Positions 12,153 through 27,300 of a DNA stretch of 64,000 bases are shown here, in pieces. Source of the DNA: the human T2T-CHM13v2.0 reference genome, Homo sapiens; the NCBI RefSeq assembly GCF_009914755.1, contig NC_060940.1. One strand, written 5' to 3'. The notes beneath the pieces are model-generated. The model ran no database searches, had not been told where the DNA came from, and saw nothing but the letters and a program-made list of their open reading frames with translations. Within the stretch, counting starts at the first letter, position 1, and every line of letters begins with the position of its first letter. The translations under genes and the position numbers were made by a program.

Positions 12153-15100
12153 ATTCCATTCGTTGATGATTCGATTCCCTTCAATGATGATTCCACTTGA
12201 GTTCATTCGATGATTCTATTCGATTCCGTTCGATGGAGATTCAATTCTCTTATATTGGATGATTCCACTCGATTCCATTTGATGATTATTCCATTGGAGT
12301 CCACTTAGTGAATCCTTTAGATTCTACTCGAAGATGATTCCATTCGAGTCCATTCGATGATACCATTCAATTCCATTCGTTGATGCTTCCATTCAAGTGC
12401 ATTCGATGATATCATTCGATTCCATTTGATGATAATTCCATTTGATTCCATGCGATGATTCTATTCGATTCCATTCAATGATAATTCCATTCAATTCAGT
12501 GATTCCTCTGGACTCCATTTGATGATGATTCCATTCAATGATTCCATTCGATTCTATTCGAAAATGATTCCATTTGAATCCATTTGATGATGATTCCATT
12601 AGATTCCATTTGATGATTCCATTCGATTCCATTCGACGATGATTCCATTCGATTCCGTTTGATGATTCCATTCTATTCTATTCGATGATGATTCCATTCG
12701 ATTCCATTCGATGATGATTGGATTCGATTCCATTTGATGATTTCATTTGATTCCATTCGTTAATGATTTCGATCAATTCCATTCGATGATTCCATTCGAT
12801 TCCATTCGATAATGATTACATCCGAGTCCATTCGATGATTCCATTTGAGCCTGTTCGATAATTCCATTTGAGTCCAACCAATGATTCCATTCATTTCCAT
12901 TCAATGATTCCATTCGAGTCCATTTGATCATTCCGGTTGGGTCCATTCGATGTTGATTCCATTGGAGTGCATTCGATGATTCCATTCGAGTCCATTTTAG
13001 GATTTGATTCGAGTCCTTTCGATGATTCCATTCGATTCCACTCGATGATGATTTCATTCGAGTCCATTCGACACTTCCAATCGATTCCATTTGATGATTC
13101 CATTCGAGTCCAATTGATGATTCCATTCAATTCCATTCGATGATGATTCCGTACGATTCCATTCTGTGATGATTCCTTGTGATTGCATTCAATGATGATT
13201 CCTTTCGATTGCATTCGATTATGATTCATTTCGTGTTCATTCTATGGTTCCACAGGTTTCCATTCGTGTCCATTCCATTATTCCATTCTATTCCATTTGA
13301 TGATGATTCCATTCGATTCCATTCATTGGTGATTCCACTCAATTCCATTCAATGATTCCATTCCATTTCTTTCAACAATGATTCCATTAGTTTCTAATCG
13401 ATGATCCACTTGATTCCATTTGACGACGATTCCATTCTTGTCCATTCGATGATTCCATTTGATTCCATATGATGATGATTCCATTCGATTCCATACCATG
13501 ATGATTCCATTCGAGTCCATTCAATGGTGATTCCATTCAATTCCATTCGATGATTCCTTTCGATTCCATTCGATGATGATGGCATTCGATTCCTTTCAAT
13601 CATTCCCTTTGATTCCATTCAAAGGTGATTTCATTCAAGTCCATTCGATAATTGCATTCGATTCCATTCTATGATGATTCCATTCGAGTCCATTTGATGA
13701 TTCCATTCAATTCAAGTCAATGATGATTCCATTCGATTCCATTCGATGATTCCATTGGATTCCATTCGATGATGATTCCATTCAAATCCATTCGATAATT
13801 CAATTCAAGTCCATTCGATGATGATTCCAATCGAATCCATTCAAAGATTCCATTCAGTTCCATTCGATGATTCCCTTAGATTCCATTCGATGATTCCACT
13901 TGATTGCATTTACGATGATTCCATTCGATTCCATGTGATGATTCCATTCAATTCTATTCAATGATGTCTCCATTTGATTCCATTCGACCATGATTGCCTT
14001 TGATTCCATTCAATGATTCCATTCGGTTCCGTTTGATGATGATTCCGTTCGATTCCATTTGATGATTCCATTTGATTCCATTGGATGAGTCCATTCGATT
14101 ACATTCGATGATTATTCCATTCGAGTGCATTAGATGATTCCATTCGAGTCCATTCGATGATTCCATTCGATTCCATTCGATGTTGATTCTGTTCAAATCC
14201 ATTCGATGATTCCACTCGATTCCATTCGTTGACTCCATTTGATCCCATTCGATGATTTCCTTTGATTCCCTTTGATGATCATTCCATTTGATTCAATTCG
14301 GTGATTTCATTTGATTCCATTCAGTGATGTTTCCATTCGACTCCATTCGATGATGATTCCATTCGACTCCATTCGATTATGATTTCATTCAATTCCATTC
14401 GATAATGATTCCCTTCGAGTCCATTCGATGATTCCATTCGATTCCATTCAACGATGATTTGATTCGTGTCCATTCGATGATTCCATTTGATTCCACTTGA
14501 TGATGATTCCATTCGAGTCCATTTGATGATTCCATTCAATTCCATACTCCGATGATTTCTTTTGAGCCCACTCAATGCTTCCACTCGATTCCATATGATG
14601 ATGACTCCATTCGATGAAATTCGATGATGATTCCATTCGCTTGCTTTCGATGATGATTCCACTTGAGTCCGTTAGAAGATTCTATTCAATTACATTCCAT
14701 GACGATTCCGTTCGAGTCCATTTGATGATTCCATTAGACTCCATTCGACGATGATTCCATTCGATGTTATTCGATGATTCCATTCGATCTCATTCGATGA
14801 TGATTCCATTCAACTCCATTCGATGTTTCCATTCGAGTTCATTCTATTATTCCATTAGATTCAATTCGATGATGATTCCATTCGATTCCATTTGATGATT
14901 GCATTCTATTTCATTTGATGATGATTCCATTCGAGTCCACTCGATGATTCCATTCGAGTCCATTTAATGAATCCATTGGTTTCAATTCTATGATGATTAC
15001 ATTGGATTCCATTCGTTGATGATTTCATTCGGTTCCATTCAATGATGATTCCATTCAATTCCTTTCAATGTTTCCATTCAATTCCATACGATGATGATTC

Positions 15101-18100
15101 CATTTGATTTGATTCGACAGTGAGCCATTCGATTCAATTCCATGATTATTCTATTTGATTCAATTGGTTGACATTTCCATTCGATTCCATTCGATGATGA
15201 TTCCCTTTGATTCCGTTCAACGATGATTCCATTCTAGCCCATTCAATCATTCCATTCGATTCTATTCAATGATGATTCCATTCATGTCGATTTGGTGATT
15301 CCATTTGACTTCATTTGATGATGATTCCTTTCAAGTTCATTAGATGATTCCATTCGATTCCATTTGATGATGATCCCATTCGAGTCCATTCAGTGATTCC
15401 ATTCGTTTCCATTCCATGATGATTCCATTCCTTTCCATTCAATGATTCCATTCGATTCCGTTTGATGATGATTTCATTCGAGTCCATTTGATGATTCCAT
15501 TTGATTCCATTCGATGATGATTCCATTCGAGTCCATTCGATGATTCTATTCGAATCCATTTGATGATTTCTTTTGATTATATTTGGTGATGATTCCATTG
15601 GAGTCCATTCAATGATTCCATTCGATTCCAATCGATGATGATTCCATTAGAGTCCATTTAATGATTCCATTTGATTCCAGTCTCTGATGATTACATTCGA
15701 GTCCATACGATGATTCCACTCAATTCCATATGATGATGATTCCATTTGATTCCATTCGGTGATTCCATTCTATTCTATTCAATGGTGATTCCATTCGAGT
15801 ACATTAGATGATTCCATTCGATTCCATTCAATGATGATTCTATTTGTGTCCCTTAGATGATTCCACATGATTCCATTAGATGATGATACTATTTGAGCCC
15901 ATCCAATGATTCCCTTCGATTCCATTCGATGAGGATTCCATTCGATTCAATTCATTGGTGATTCTATTCAATTCAATTCTTTGATTCCATTCCATTCCAT
16001 TCGACAATGATTCCATTCGATTTCTTTCGATGATTCCACTCGATTCCACTTGACATTGATTCCATTCGATTCCATTCAATGATTCCATTTGATTCCAGTG
16101 GATGATGATTGCCATCGATTCCATTCGATCACTCCATTCTATTCCATTTGATGATGATTACATTCGATTCCATTTGATGATTCCATCTGATTCTATTCGA
16201 GGATTCCATTTGATTCCATTCGATGATGATTCCATTCGAGTCCATTCGATGATTTCATTCGAGTACATCCAATGATTCCATTCGAGTCCATTAGATGATT
16301 CCATTTGATTCCATTTGAAAATGATTCTACTAGAGTCCATTCAATGACTCCATTCGAGTCCATTCAACAATTCCATTCGACTCCATTCGATGATTCCATT
16401 CGATTCCATTTGATGGTTCCATTCGAGTCCATTTAATCATTACAGTCGATTCCATTTGGTGATTCCACTGGATTTCTTTTGATAATGATACCATTCAATT
16501 ACATTTGATGATGATCCCATTCAACTTCATTTGATGATGATTCCATTAGAGTCCATTCGATGATTTCATTCGAGTCCCTTCATTGATTCCATCCGATTTC
16601 ATTGGATGATGACTCCATTCGAGTCCATTCGATGATTCCACTCGATTCCATTAGATGACTCCATTGGAGTCCATTTGATTGTTCCATTCGATTCCATTCG
16701 ATTCCTTTCGAAGATTATTCCATTTGAGTCCATTCGATGATGATTCCATTCCATTCCATTCGATGATTCCGTTTGATTCCATTCGATGATTCCCTTCGAT
16801 TCCTTTCTTTGATGATTCCATTCCATTCCATTCAATGATTCCATTCGAATCTATTCCATGATGATTCCTTTCGATTCCATTCGCTGATGTTTCCGTTCAA
16901 TTACATTCGATGATGATTCCATTCGATTCCATTCATTGAGGATTCCATTTGATTCCATTCAATGATGATTCCATTCTATTCCATTCAATGATTGCATTCA
17001 ATTCCATTCAATGATTATCCCATTAGAGTAAACTCAACGATTCCATTCAATACCATTCGATGATGATTCCTTTTGAGTCCATTCAATGATTTCATTCAAG
17101 TCCATTTGATGATTCCTTTCAATTCCATTCTATGATGATTCCATTCGAGTCCATTCGATGATTCCATTCGATTGCATTCGATGATTCCATTATATTCCAT
17201 TCAACGGTGATTCCATTCGAGTCCATTCCATGATTCCATTAGAGTACATTTAATGATTGCTTTGTTTTCAATTCGAAGATGATTACATTGGATTCCATTC
17301 TATGATACCATTCGATTCCATTCAATGATGATTCCACTCAAATCCATTGGATGATTCCATTCGTGTCCATTCGGTGATTTCATTAGATTCCATTCGAGGA
17401 CGATTCCATTCGATTCCATTCGATGATTCCATTCAATTCCATTCGATGATGATTCCATTCCAGTCCATATGATCATTCCATTTGATTTCATTCGATGATG
17501 ATTCCATTCGATTCCATTCGACGATTCCATTCTATTCCATTCGATGATGATTCCATTCGAGTCCATTCGATCAATCCATTCGAGTCCATTTAATGACTCC
17601 ATTGGGTTCAATTCAATGATGATTACATTGGATTCCGTTCTATGATTCCATTCAATTCCGTTCATTGACAATTTGATTCCATTCGATGATGATTCCATTT
17701 GAGTTCATTCGATGATTCTATTCGATTCTCTTCGATGGTGATTCAATTCTATTATATTGGATGATTCCATTCGATTCCATTTGATGTTGATTCAATTCGA
17801 TTCTATTCGATGATGATTCCATTGGATTTCACTTGATGATTCTATTCGATTCCATTCAATGATGATTCACTTCTCGTCCATTGGATGATTCCATTTCATT
17901 CCATTCGATGATGATTCCATTCGATTCCATTCGATGATTCCATTTGATTCCATGCGACGGTGAGCAATTCGATTCAATTCCATGATGATTCTATTTGATT
18001 CAATTAGATGATGTTTCCATTCGAATCCATTCCATGATTATTCCATTGGAATCCATTCGGCGATGATTCCATATGAGTCAATTCAATGATGATTCCATAT

Positions 18101-18264
18101 GGGTCCGTTCGATGATAATTCCATTTGATTTCATTCGATGCTTCTATTCTATTCCAGTCGATGATGATTCCGTTGGAGTCCATACGATGATTCCATTTGA
18201 TTTCATTTGATGATGATTCCATTCGATGATGATTACATTGGATTCCATTCTATGATTCCATTCA
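12153..18264 (+). repeat. Higher-order unit 3 (6,112 bp)
   Basis: Landmark ORF 12393 recurs at 18505 (+6112). Confidence 0.95.
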
Positions 18265-21200
18265 ATTCCATTCGTTGATGATTCGATTCCCTTCAATGAT
18301 GATTCCACTTGAGTTCATTCGATGATTCTATTCGATTCCGTTCGATGGAGATTCAATTCTCTTATATTGGATGATTCCACTCGATTCCATTTGATGATTA
18401 TTCCATTGGAGTCCACTTAGTGAATCCTTTAGATTCTACTCGAAGATGATTCCATTCGAGTCCATTCGATGATACCATTCAATTCCATTCGTTGATGCTT
18501 CCATTCAAGTGCATTCGATGATATCATTCGATTCCATTTGATGATAATTCCATTTGATTCCATGCGATGATTCTATTCGATTCCATTCAATGATAATTCC
18601 ATTCAATTCAGTGATTCCTCTGGACTCCATTTGATGATGATTCCATTCAATGATTCCATTCGATTCTATTCGAAAATGATTCCATTTGAATCCATTTGAT
18701 GATGATTCCATTAGATTCCATTTGATGATTCCATTCGATTCCATTCGACGATGATTCCATTCGATTCCGTTTGATGATTCCATTCTATTCTATTCGATGA
18801 TGATTCCATTCGATTCCATTCGATGATGATTGGATTCGATTCCATTTGATGATTTCATTTGATTCCATTCGTTAATGATTTCGATCAATTCCATTCGATG
18901 ATTCCATTCGATTCCATTCGATAATGATTACATCCGAGTCCATTCGATGATTCCATTTGAGCCTGTTCGATAATTCCATTTGAGTCCAACCAATGATTCC
19001 ATTCATTTCCATTCAATGATTCCATTCGAGTCCATTTGATCATTCCGGTTGGGTCCATTCGATGTTGATTCCATTGGAGTGCATTCGATGATTCCATTCG
19101 AGTCCATTTTAGGATTTGATTCGAGTCCTTTCGATGATTCCATTCGATTCCACTCGATGATGATTTCATTCGAGTCCATTCGACACTTCCAATCGATTCC
19201 ATTTGATGATTCCATTCGAGTCCAATTGATGATTCCATTCAATTCCATTCGATGATGATTCCGTACGATTCCATTCTGTGATGATTCCTTGTGATTGCAT
19301 TCAATGATGATTCCTTTCGATTGCATTCGATTATGATTCATTTCGTGTTCATTCTATGGTTCCACAGGTTTCCATTCGTGTCCATTCCATTATTCCATTC
19401 TATTCCATTTGATGATGATTCCATTCGATTCCATTCATTGGTGATTCCACTCAATTCCATTCAATGATTCCATTCCATTTCTTTCAACAATGATTCCATT
19501 AGTTTCTAATCGATGATCCACTTGATTCCATTTGACGACGATTCCATTCTTGTCCATTCGATGATTCCATTTGATTCCATATGATGATGATTCCATTCGA
19601 TTCCATACCATGATGATTCCATTCGAGTCCATTCAATGGTGATTCCATTCAATTCCATTCGATGATTCCTTTCGATTCCATTCGATGATGATGGCATTCG
19701 ATTCCTTTCAATCATTCCCTTTGATTCCATTCAAAGGTGATTTCATTCAAGTCCATTCGATAATTGCATTCGATTCCATTCTATGATGATTCCATTCGAG
19801 TCCATTTGATGATTCCATTCAATTCAAGTCAATGATGATTCCATTCGATTCCATTCGATGATTCCATTGGATTCCATTCGATGATGATTCCATTCAAATC
19901 CATTCGATAATTCAATTCAAGTCCATTCGATGATGATTCCAATCGAATCCATTCAAAGATTCCATTCAGTTCCATTCGATGATTCCCTTAGATTCCATTC
20001 GATGATTCCACTTGATTGCATTTACGATGATTCCATTCGATTCCATGTGATGATTCCATTCAATTCTATTCAATGATGTCTCCATTTGATTCCATTCGAC
20101 CATGATTGCCTTTGATTCCATTCAATGATTCCATTCGGTTCCGTTTGATGATGATTCCGTTCGATTCCATTTGATGATTCCATTTGATTCCATTGGATGA
20201 GTCCATTCGATTACATTCGATGATTATTCCATTCGAGTGCATTAGATGATTCCATTCGAGTCCATTCGATGATTCCATTCGATTCCATTCGATGTTGATT
20301 CTGTTCAAATCCATTCGATGATTCCACTCGATTCCATTCGTTGACTCCATTTGATCCCATTCGATGATTTCCTTTGATTCCCTTTGATGATCATTCCATT
20401 TGATTCAATTCGGTGATTTCATTTGATTCCATTCAGTGATGTTTCCATTCGACTCCATTCGATGATGATTCCATTCGACTCCATTCGATTATGATTTCAT
20501 TCAATTCCATTCGATAATGATTCCCTTCGAGTCCATTCGATGATTCCATTCGATTCCATTCAACGATGATTTGATTCGTGTCCATTCGATGATTCCATTT
20601 GATTCCACTTGATGATGATTCCATTCGAGTCCATTTGATGATTCCATTCAATTCCATACTCCGATGATTTCTTTTGAGCCCACTCAATGCTTCCACTCGA
20701 TTCCATATGATGATGACTCCATTCGATGAAATTCGATGATGATTCCATTCGCTTGCTTTCGATGATGATTCCACTTGAGTCCGTTAGAAGATTCTATTCA
20801 ATTACATTCCATGACGATTCCGTTCGAGTCCATTTGATGATTCCATTAGACTCCATTCGACGATGATTCCATTCGATGTTATTCGATGATTCCATTCGAT
20901 CTCATTCGATGATGATTCCATTCAACTCCATTCGATGTTTCCATTCGAGTTCATTCTATTATTCCATTAGATTCCATTCGATGATGATTCCATTCGATTC
21001 CATTTGATGATTGCATTCTATTTCATTTGATGATGATTCCATTCGAGTCCACTCGATGATTCCATTCGAGTCCATTTAATGAATCCATTGGTTTCAATTC
21101 TATGATGATTACATTGGATTCCATTCGTTGATGATTTCATTCGGTTCCATTCAATGATGATTCCATTCAATTCCTTTCAATGTTTCCATTCAATTCCATA

Positions 21201-24200
21201 CGATGATGATTCCATTTGATTTGATTCGACAGTGAGCCATTCGATTCAATTCCATGACGATTCTATTTGATTCAATTGGTTGACATTTCCATTCGATTCC
21301 ATTCGATGATGATTCCCTTTGATTCCGTTCAAAGATGATTCCATTCTAGCCCATTCAATCATTCCATTCGATTCTATTCAATGATGATTCCATTCATGTC
21401 GATTTGGTGATTCCATTTGACTTCATTTGATGATGATTCCTTTCAAGTTCATTAGATGATTCCATTCGATTCCATTTGATGATGATCCCATTCGAGTCCA
21501 TTCAGTGATTCCATTCGTTTCCATTCCATGATGATTCCATTCCTTTCCATTCAATGATTCCATTCGATTCCGTTTGATGATGATTTCATTCGAGTCCATT
21601 TGATGATTCCATTTGATTCCATTCGATGATGATTCCATTCGAGTCCATTCGATGATTCTATTCGAATCCATTTGATGATTTCCTTTAATTATATTTGGTG
21701 ATGATTCCATTGGAGTCCATTCAATGATTCCATTCTATTCCAATCGATGATGATTCCATTAGAGTCCATTTAATGATTCCATTTGATTCCAGTCTCTGAT
21801 GATTACATTCGAGTCCATACGATGATTCCACTCAATTCCATATGATGATGATTCCATTTGATTCCATTCGGTGATTCCATTCTATTCTATTCAATGGTGA
21901 TTCCATTCGAGTACATTAGATGATTCCATTCGATTCCATTCAATGATGATTCTATTTGTGTCCCTTAGATGATTCCGCATGATTCCATTAGATGATGATA
22001 CTATTTGAGCCCATCCAATGATTCCCTTCGATTCCATTCGATGAGGATTCCATTCGATTCAATTCATTGGTGATTCTATTCAATTCAATTCTTTGATTCC
22101 ATTCCATTCCATTCGACAATGATTCCATTCGATTTCTTTCGATGATTCCACTCGATTCCACTTGACATTGATTCCATTCGATTCCATTCAATGATTCCAT
22201 TTGATTCCAGTGGATGATGATTGCCATCGATTCCATTCGATCACTCCATTCTATTCCATTTGATGATGATTACATTCGATTCCATTTGATGATTCCATCT
22301 GATTCTATTCGAGGATTCCATTTGATTCCATTCGATGATGATTCCATTCGAGTCCATTCGATGATTTCATTCGAGTACATCCAATGATTCCATTCGAGTC
22401 CATTAGATGATTCCATTTGATTCCATTTGAAAATGATTCTACTAGAGTCCATTCAATGACTCCATTCGAGTCCATTCAACAATTCCATTCGACTCCATTC
22501 GATGATTCCATTCGATTCCATTTGATGGTTCCATTCGAGTCCATTTAATCATTACAGTCGAGTCCATTTGGTGATTCCACTGGATTTCTTTTGATAATGA
22601 TACCATTCAATTACATTTGATGATGATCCCATTCAACTTCATTTGATGATGATTCCATTAGAGTCCATTCGATGATTTCATTCGAGTCCCTTCATTGATT
22701 CCATCCGATTTCATTGGATGATGACTCCATTCGAGTCCATTCGATGATTCCACTCGATTCCATTAGATGACTCCATTGGAGTCCATTTGATTGTTCCATT
22801 CGATTCCATTCGATTCCTTTCGAAGATTATTCCATTTGAGTCCATTCGATGATGATTCCATTCCATTCCATTCGATGATTCCGTTTGATTCCATTCGATG
22901 ATTCCCTTCGATTCCTTTCTTTGATGATTCCATTCCATTCCATTCAATGATTCCATTCGAATCTATTCCATGATGATTCCTTTCGATTCCATTCGCTGAT
23001 GTTTCCGTTCAATTCCATTCGATGATGATTCCATTCGATTCCATTCATTGAGGATTCCATTTGATTCCATTCAATGATGATTCCATTCTATTCCATTCAA
23101 TGATTGCATTCAATTCCATTCAATGATTATCCCCTTAGAGTAAACTCAACGATTCCATTCAATACCATTCGATGATGATTCCTTTTGAGTCCATTCAATG
23201 ATTTCATTCAAGTCCATTTGATGATTCCTTTCAATTCCATTCTATGATGATTCCATTCGAGTCCATTCGATGATTCCATTCGATTGCATTCGATGATTCC
23301 ATTATATTCCATTCAACAGTGATTCCATTCGAGTCAATTCCATGATTCCATTAGAGTACATTTAATGATTGCTTTGTTTTCAATTCGAAGATGATTACAT
23401 TGGATTCCATTCTATGATACCATTCGATTCCATTCAATGATGATTCCACTCAAATCCATTGGATGATTCCATTCGTGTCCATTCGGTGATTTCATTACAT
23501 TCCATTCGAGGATGATTCCATTCGATTCCATTCGATGATTCCATTCAATTCCATTCGATGATGATTCCATTCCAGTCCATATGATCATTCCATTTGATTT
23601 CATTCGATGATGATTCCATTCGATTCGATTCGACGATTCCATTCTATTCCATTCGATGATGATTCCATTCGAGTCCATTCGATGATTCCATTCGAGTCCA
23701 TTTAATGATTCCATTGGGTTCAATTCAATGATGATTACATTGGATTCCGTTCTATGATTCCATTCAATTCCGTTCATTGACAATTTGATTCCATTCGATG
23801 ATGATTCCATTTGAGTTCATTCGATGATTCTATTCGATTCTCTTCGATGGTGATTCAATTCTATTATATTGGATGATTCCATTCGATTCCATTTGATGTT
23901 GATTCAATTCGATTCTATTCGATGATGATTCCATTGGATTTCACTTGATGATTCTATTCGATTCCATTCAATGATGATTCACTTCTCGTCCATTGGATGA
24001 TTCCATTTCATTCCATTCGATGATGATTCCATTCGATTCCATTCGATGATTCCATTTGATTCCATGCGACGGTGAGCAATTCGATTCAATTCCATGATGA
24101 TTCTATTTGATTCAATTAGATGATGTTTCCATTCGAATCCATTCCATGATTATTCCATTGGAATCCATTCGGCGATGATTCCATATGAGTCAATTCAATG

Positions 24201-24376
24201 ATGATTCCATATGGGTCCGTTCGATGATAATTCCATTTGATTTCATTCGATGCTTCTATTCTATTCCAGTCGATGATGATTCCGTTGGAGTCCATACGAT
24301 GATTCCATTTGATTTCATTTGATGATGATTCCATTCGATGATGATTACATTGGATTCCATTCTATGATTCCATTCA
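18265..24376 (+). repeat. Higher-order unit 4 (6,112 bp)
   Basis: Landmark ORF 18505 recurs at 24617 (+6112). Confidence 0.95.
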
Positions 24377-27300
24377 ATTCCATTCGTTGATGATTCGATT
24401 CCCTTCAATGATGATTCCACTTGAGTTCATTCGATGATTCTATTCGATTCCGTTCGATGGAGATTCAATTCTCTTATATTGGATGATTCCACTCGATTCC
24501 ATTTGATGATTATTCCATTGGAGTCCACTTAGTGAATCCTTTAGATTCTACTCGAAGATGATTCCATTCGAGTCCATTCGATGATACCATTCAATTCCAT
24601 TCGTTGATGCTTCCATTCAAGTGCATTCGATGATATCATTCGATTCCATTTGATGATAATTCCATTTGATTCCATGCGATGATTCTATTCGATTCCATTC
24701 AATGATAATTCCATTCAATTCAGTGATTCCTCTGGACTCCATTTGATGATGATTCCATTCAATGATTCCATTCGATTCTATTCGAAAATGATTCCATTTG
24801 AATCCATTTGATGATGATTCCATTAGATTCCATTTGATGATTCCATTCGATTCCATTCGACGATGATTCCATTCGATTCCGTTTGATGATTCCATTCTAT
24901 TCTATTCGATGATGATTCCATTCGATTCCATTCGATGATGATTGGATTCGATTCCATTTGATGATTTCATTTGATTCCATTCGTTAATGATTTCGATCAA
25001 TTCCATTCGATGATTCCATTCGATTCCATTCGATAATGATTACATCCGAGTCCATTCGATGATTCCATTTGAGCCTGTTCGATAATTCCATTTGAGTCCA
25101 ACCAATGATTCCATTCATTTCCATTCAATGATTCCATTCGAGTCCATTTGATCATTCCGGTTGGGTCCATTCGATGTTGATTCCATTGGAGTGCATTCGA
25201 TGATTCCATTCGAGTCCATTTTAGGATTTGATTCGAGTCCTTTCGATGATTCCATTCGATTCCACTCGATGATGATTTCATTCGAGTCCATTCGACACTT
25301 CCAATCGATTCCATTTGATGATTCCATTCGAGTCCAATTGATGATTCCATTCAATTCCATTCGATGATGATTCCGTACGATTCCATTCTGTGATGATTCC
25401 TTGTGATTGCATTCAATGATGATTCCTTTCGATTGCATTCGATTATGATTCATTTCGTGTTCATTCTATGGTTCCACAGGTTTCCATTCGTGTCCATTCC
25501 ATTATTCCATTCTATTCCATTTGATGATGATTCCATTCGATTCCATTCATTGGTGATTCCACTCAATTCCATTCAATGATTCCATTCCATTTCTTTCAAC
25601 AATGATTCCATTAGTTTCTAATCGATGATCCACTTGATTCCATTTGACGACGATTCCATTCTTGTCCATTCGATGATTCCATTTGATTCCATATGATGAT
25701 GATTCCATTCGATTCCATACCATGATGATTCCATTCGAGTCCATTCAATGGTGATTCCATTCAATTCCATTCGATGATTCCTTTCGATTCCATTCGATGA
25801 TGATGGCATTCGATTCCTTTCAATCATTCCCTTTGATTCCATTCAAAGGTGATTTCATTCAAGTCCATTCGATAATTGCATTCGATTCCATTCTATGATG
25901 ATTCCATTCGAGTCCATTTGATGATTCCATTCAATTCAAGTCAATGATGATTCCATTCGATTCCATTCGATGATTCCATTGGATTCCATTCGATGATGAT
26001 TCCATTCAAATCCATTCGATAATTCAATTCAAGTCCATTCGATGATGATTCCAATCGAATCCATTCAAAGATTCCATTCAGTTCCATTCGATGATTCCCT
26101 TAGATTCCATTCGATGATTCCACTTGATTGCATTTACGATGATTCCATTCGATTCCATGTGATGATTCCATTCAATTCTATTCAATGATGTCTCCATTTG
26201 ATTCCATTCGACCATGATTGCCTTTGATTCCATTCAATGATTCCATTCGGTTCCGTTTGATGATGATTCCGTTCGATTCCATTTGATGATTCCATTTGAT
26301 TCCATTGGATGAGTCCATTCGATTACATTCGATGATTATTCCATTCGAGTGCATTAGATGATTCCATTCGAGTCCATTCGATGATTCCATTCGATTCCAT
26401 TCGATGTTGATTCTGTTCAAATCCATTCGATGATTCCACTCGATTCCATTCGTTGACTCCATTTGATCCCATTCGATGATTTCCTTTGATTCCCTTTGAT
26501 GATCATTCCATTTGATTCAATTCGGTGATTTCATTTGATTCCATTCAGTGATGTTTCCATTCGACTCCATTCGATGATGATTCCATTCGACTCCATTCGA
26601 TTATGATTTCATTCAATTCCATTCGATAATGATTCCCTTCGAGTCCATTCGATGATTCCATTCGATTCCATTCAACGATGATTTGATTCGTGTCCATTCG
26701 ATGATTCCATTTGATTCCACTTGATGATGATTCCATTCGAGTCCATTTGATGATTCCATTCAATTCCATACTCCGATGATTTCTTTTGAGCCCACTCAAT
26801 GCTTCCACTCGATTCCATATGATGATGACTCCATTCGATGAAATTCGATGATGATTCCATTCGCTTGCTTTCGATGATGATTCCACTTGAGTCCGTTAGA
26901 AGATTCTATTCAATTACATTCCATGACGATTCCGTTCGAGTCCATTTGATGATTCCATTAGACTCCATTCGACGATGATTCCATTCGATGTTATTCGATG
27001 ATTCCATTCGATCTCATTCGATGATGATTCCATTCAACTCCATTCGATGTTTCCATTCGAGTTCATTCTATTATTCCATTAGATTCCATTCGATGATGAT
27101 TCCATTCGATTCCATTTGATGATTGCATTCTATTTCATTTGATGATGATTCCATTCGAGTCCACTCGATGATTCCATTCGAGTCCATTTAATGAATCCAT
27201 TGGTTTCAATTCTATGATGATTACATTGGATTCCATTCGTTGATGATTTCATTCGGTTCCATTCAATGATGATTCCATTCAATTCCTTTCAATGTTTCCA

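Noticed and set aside
12937-13143. Plus-strand 68-aa ORF (also at 19049, 25161, 37385)
   Set aside because: It starts at TTG and exists only because a single A>T change converts a TAG to TTG in A-type units. It is a haplotype marker, not a gene.
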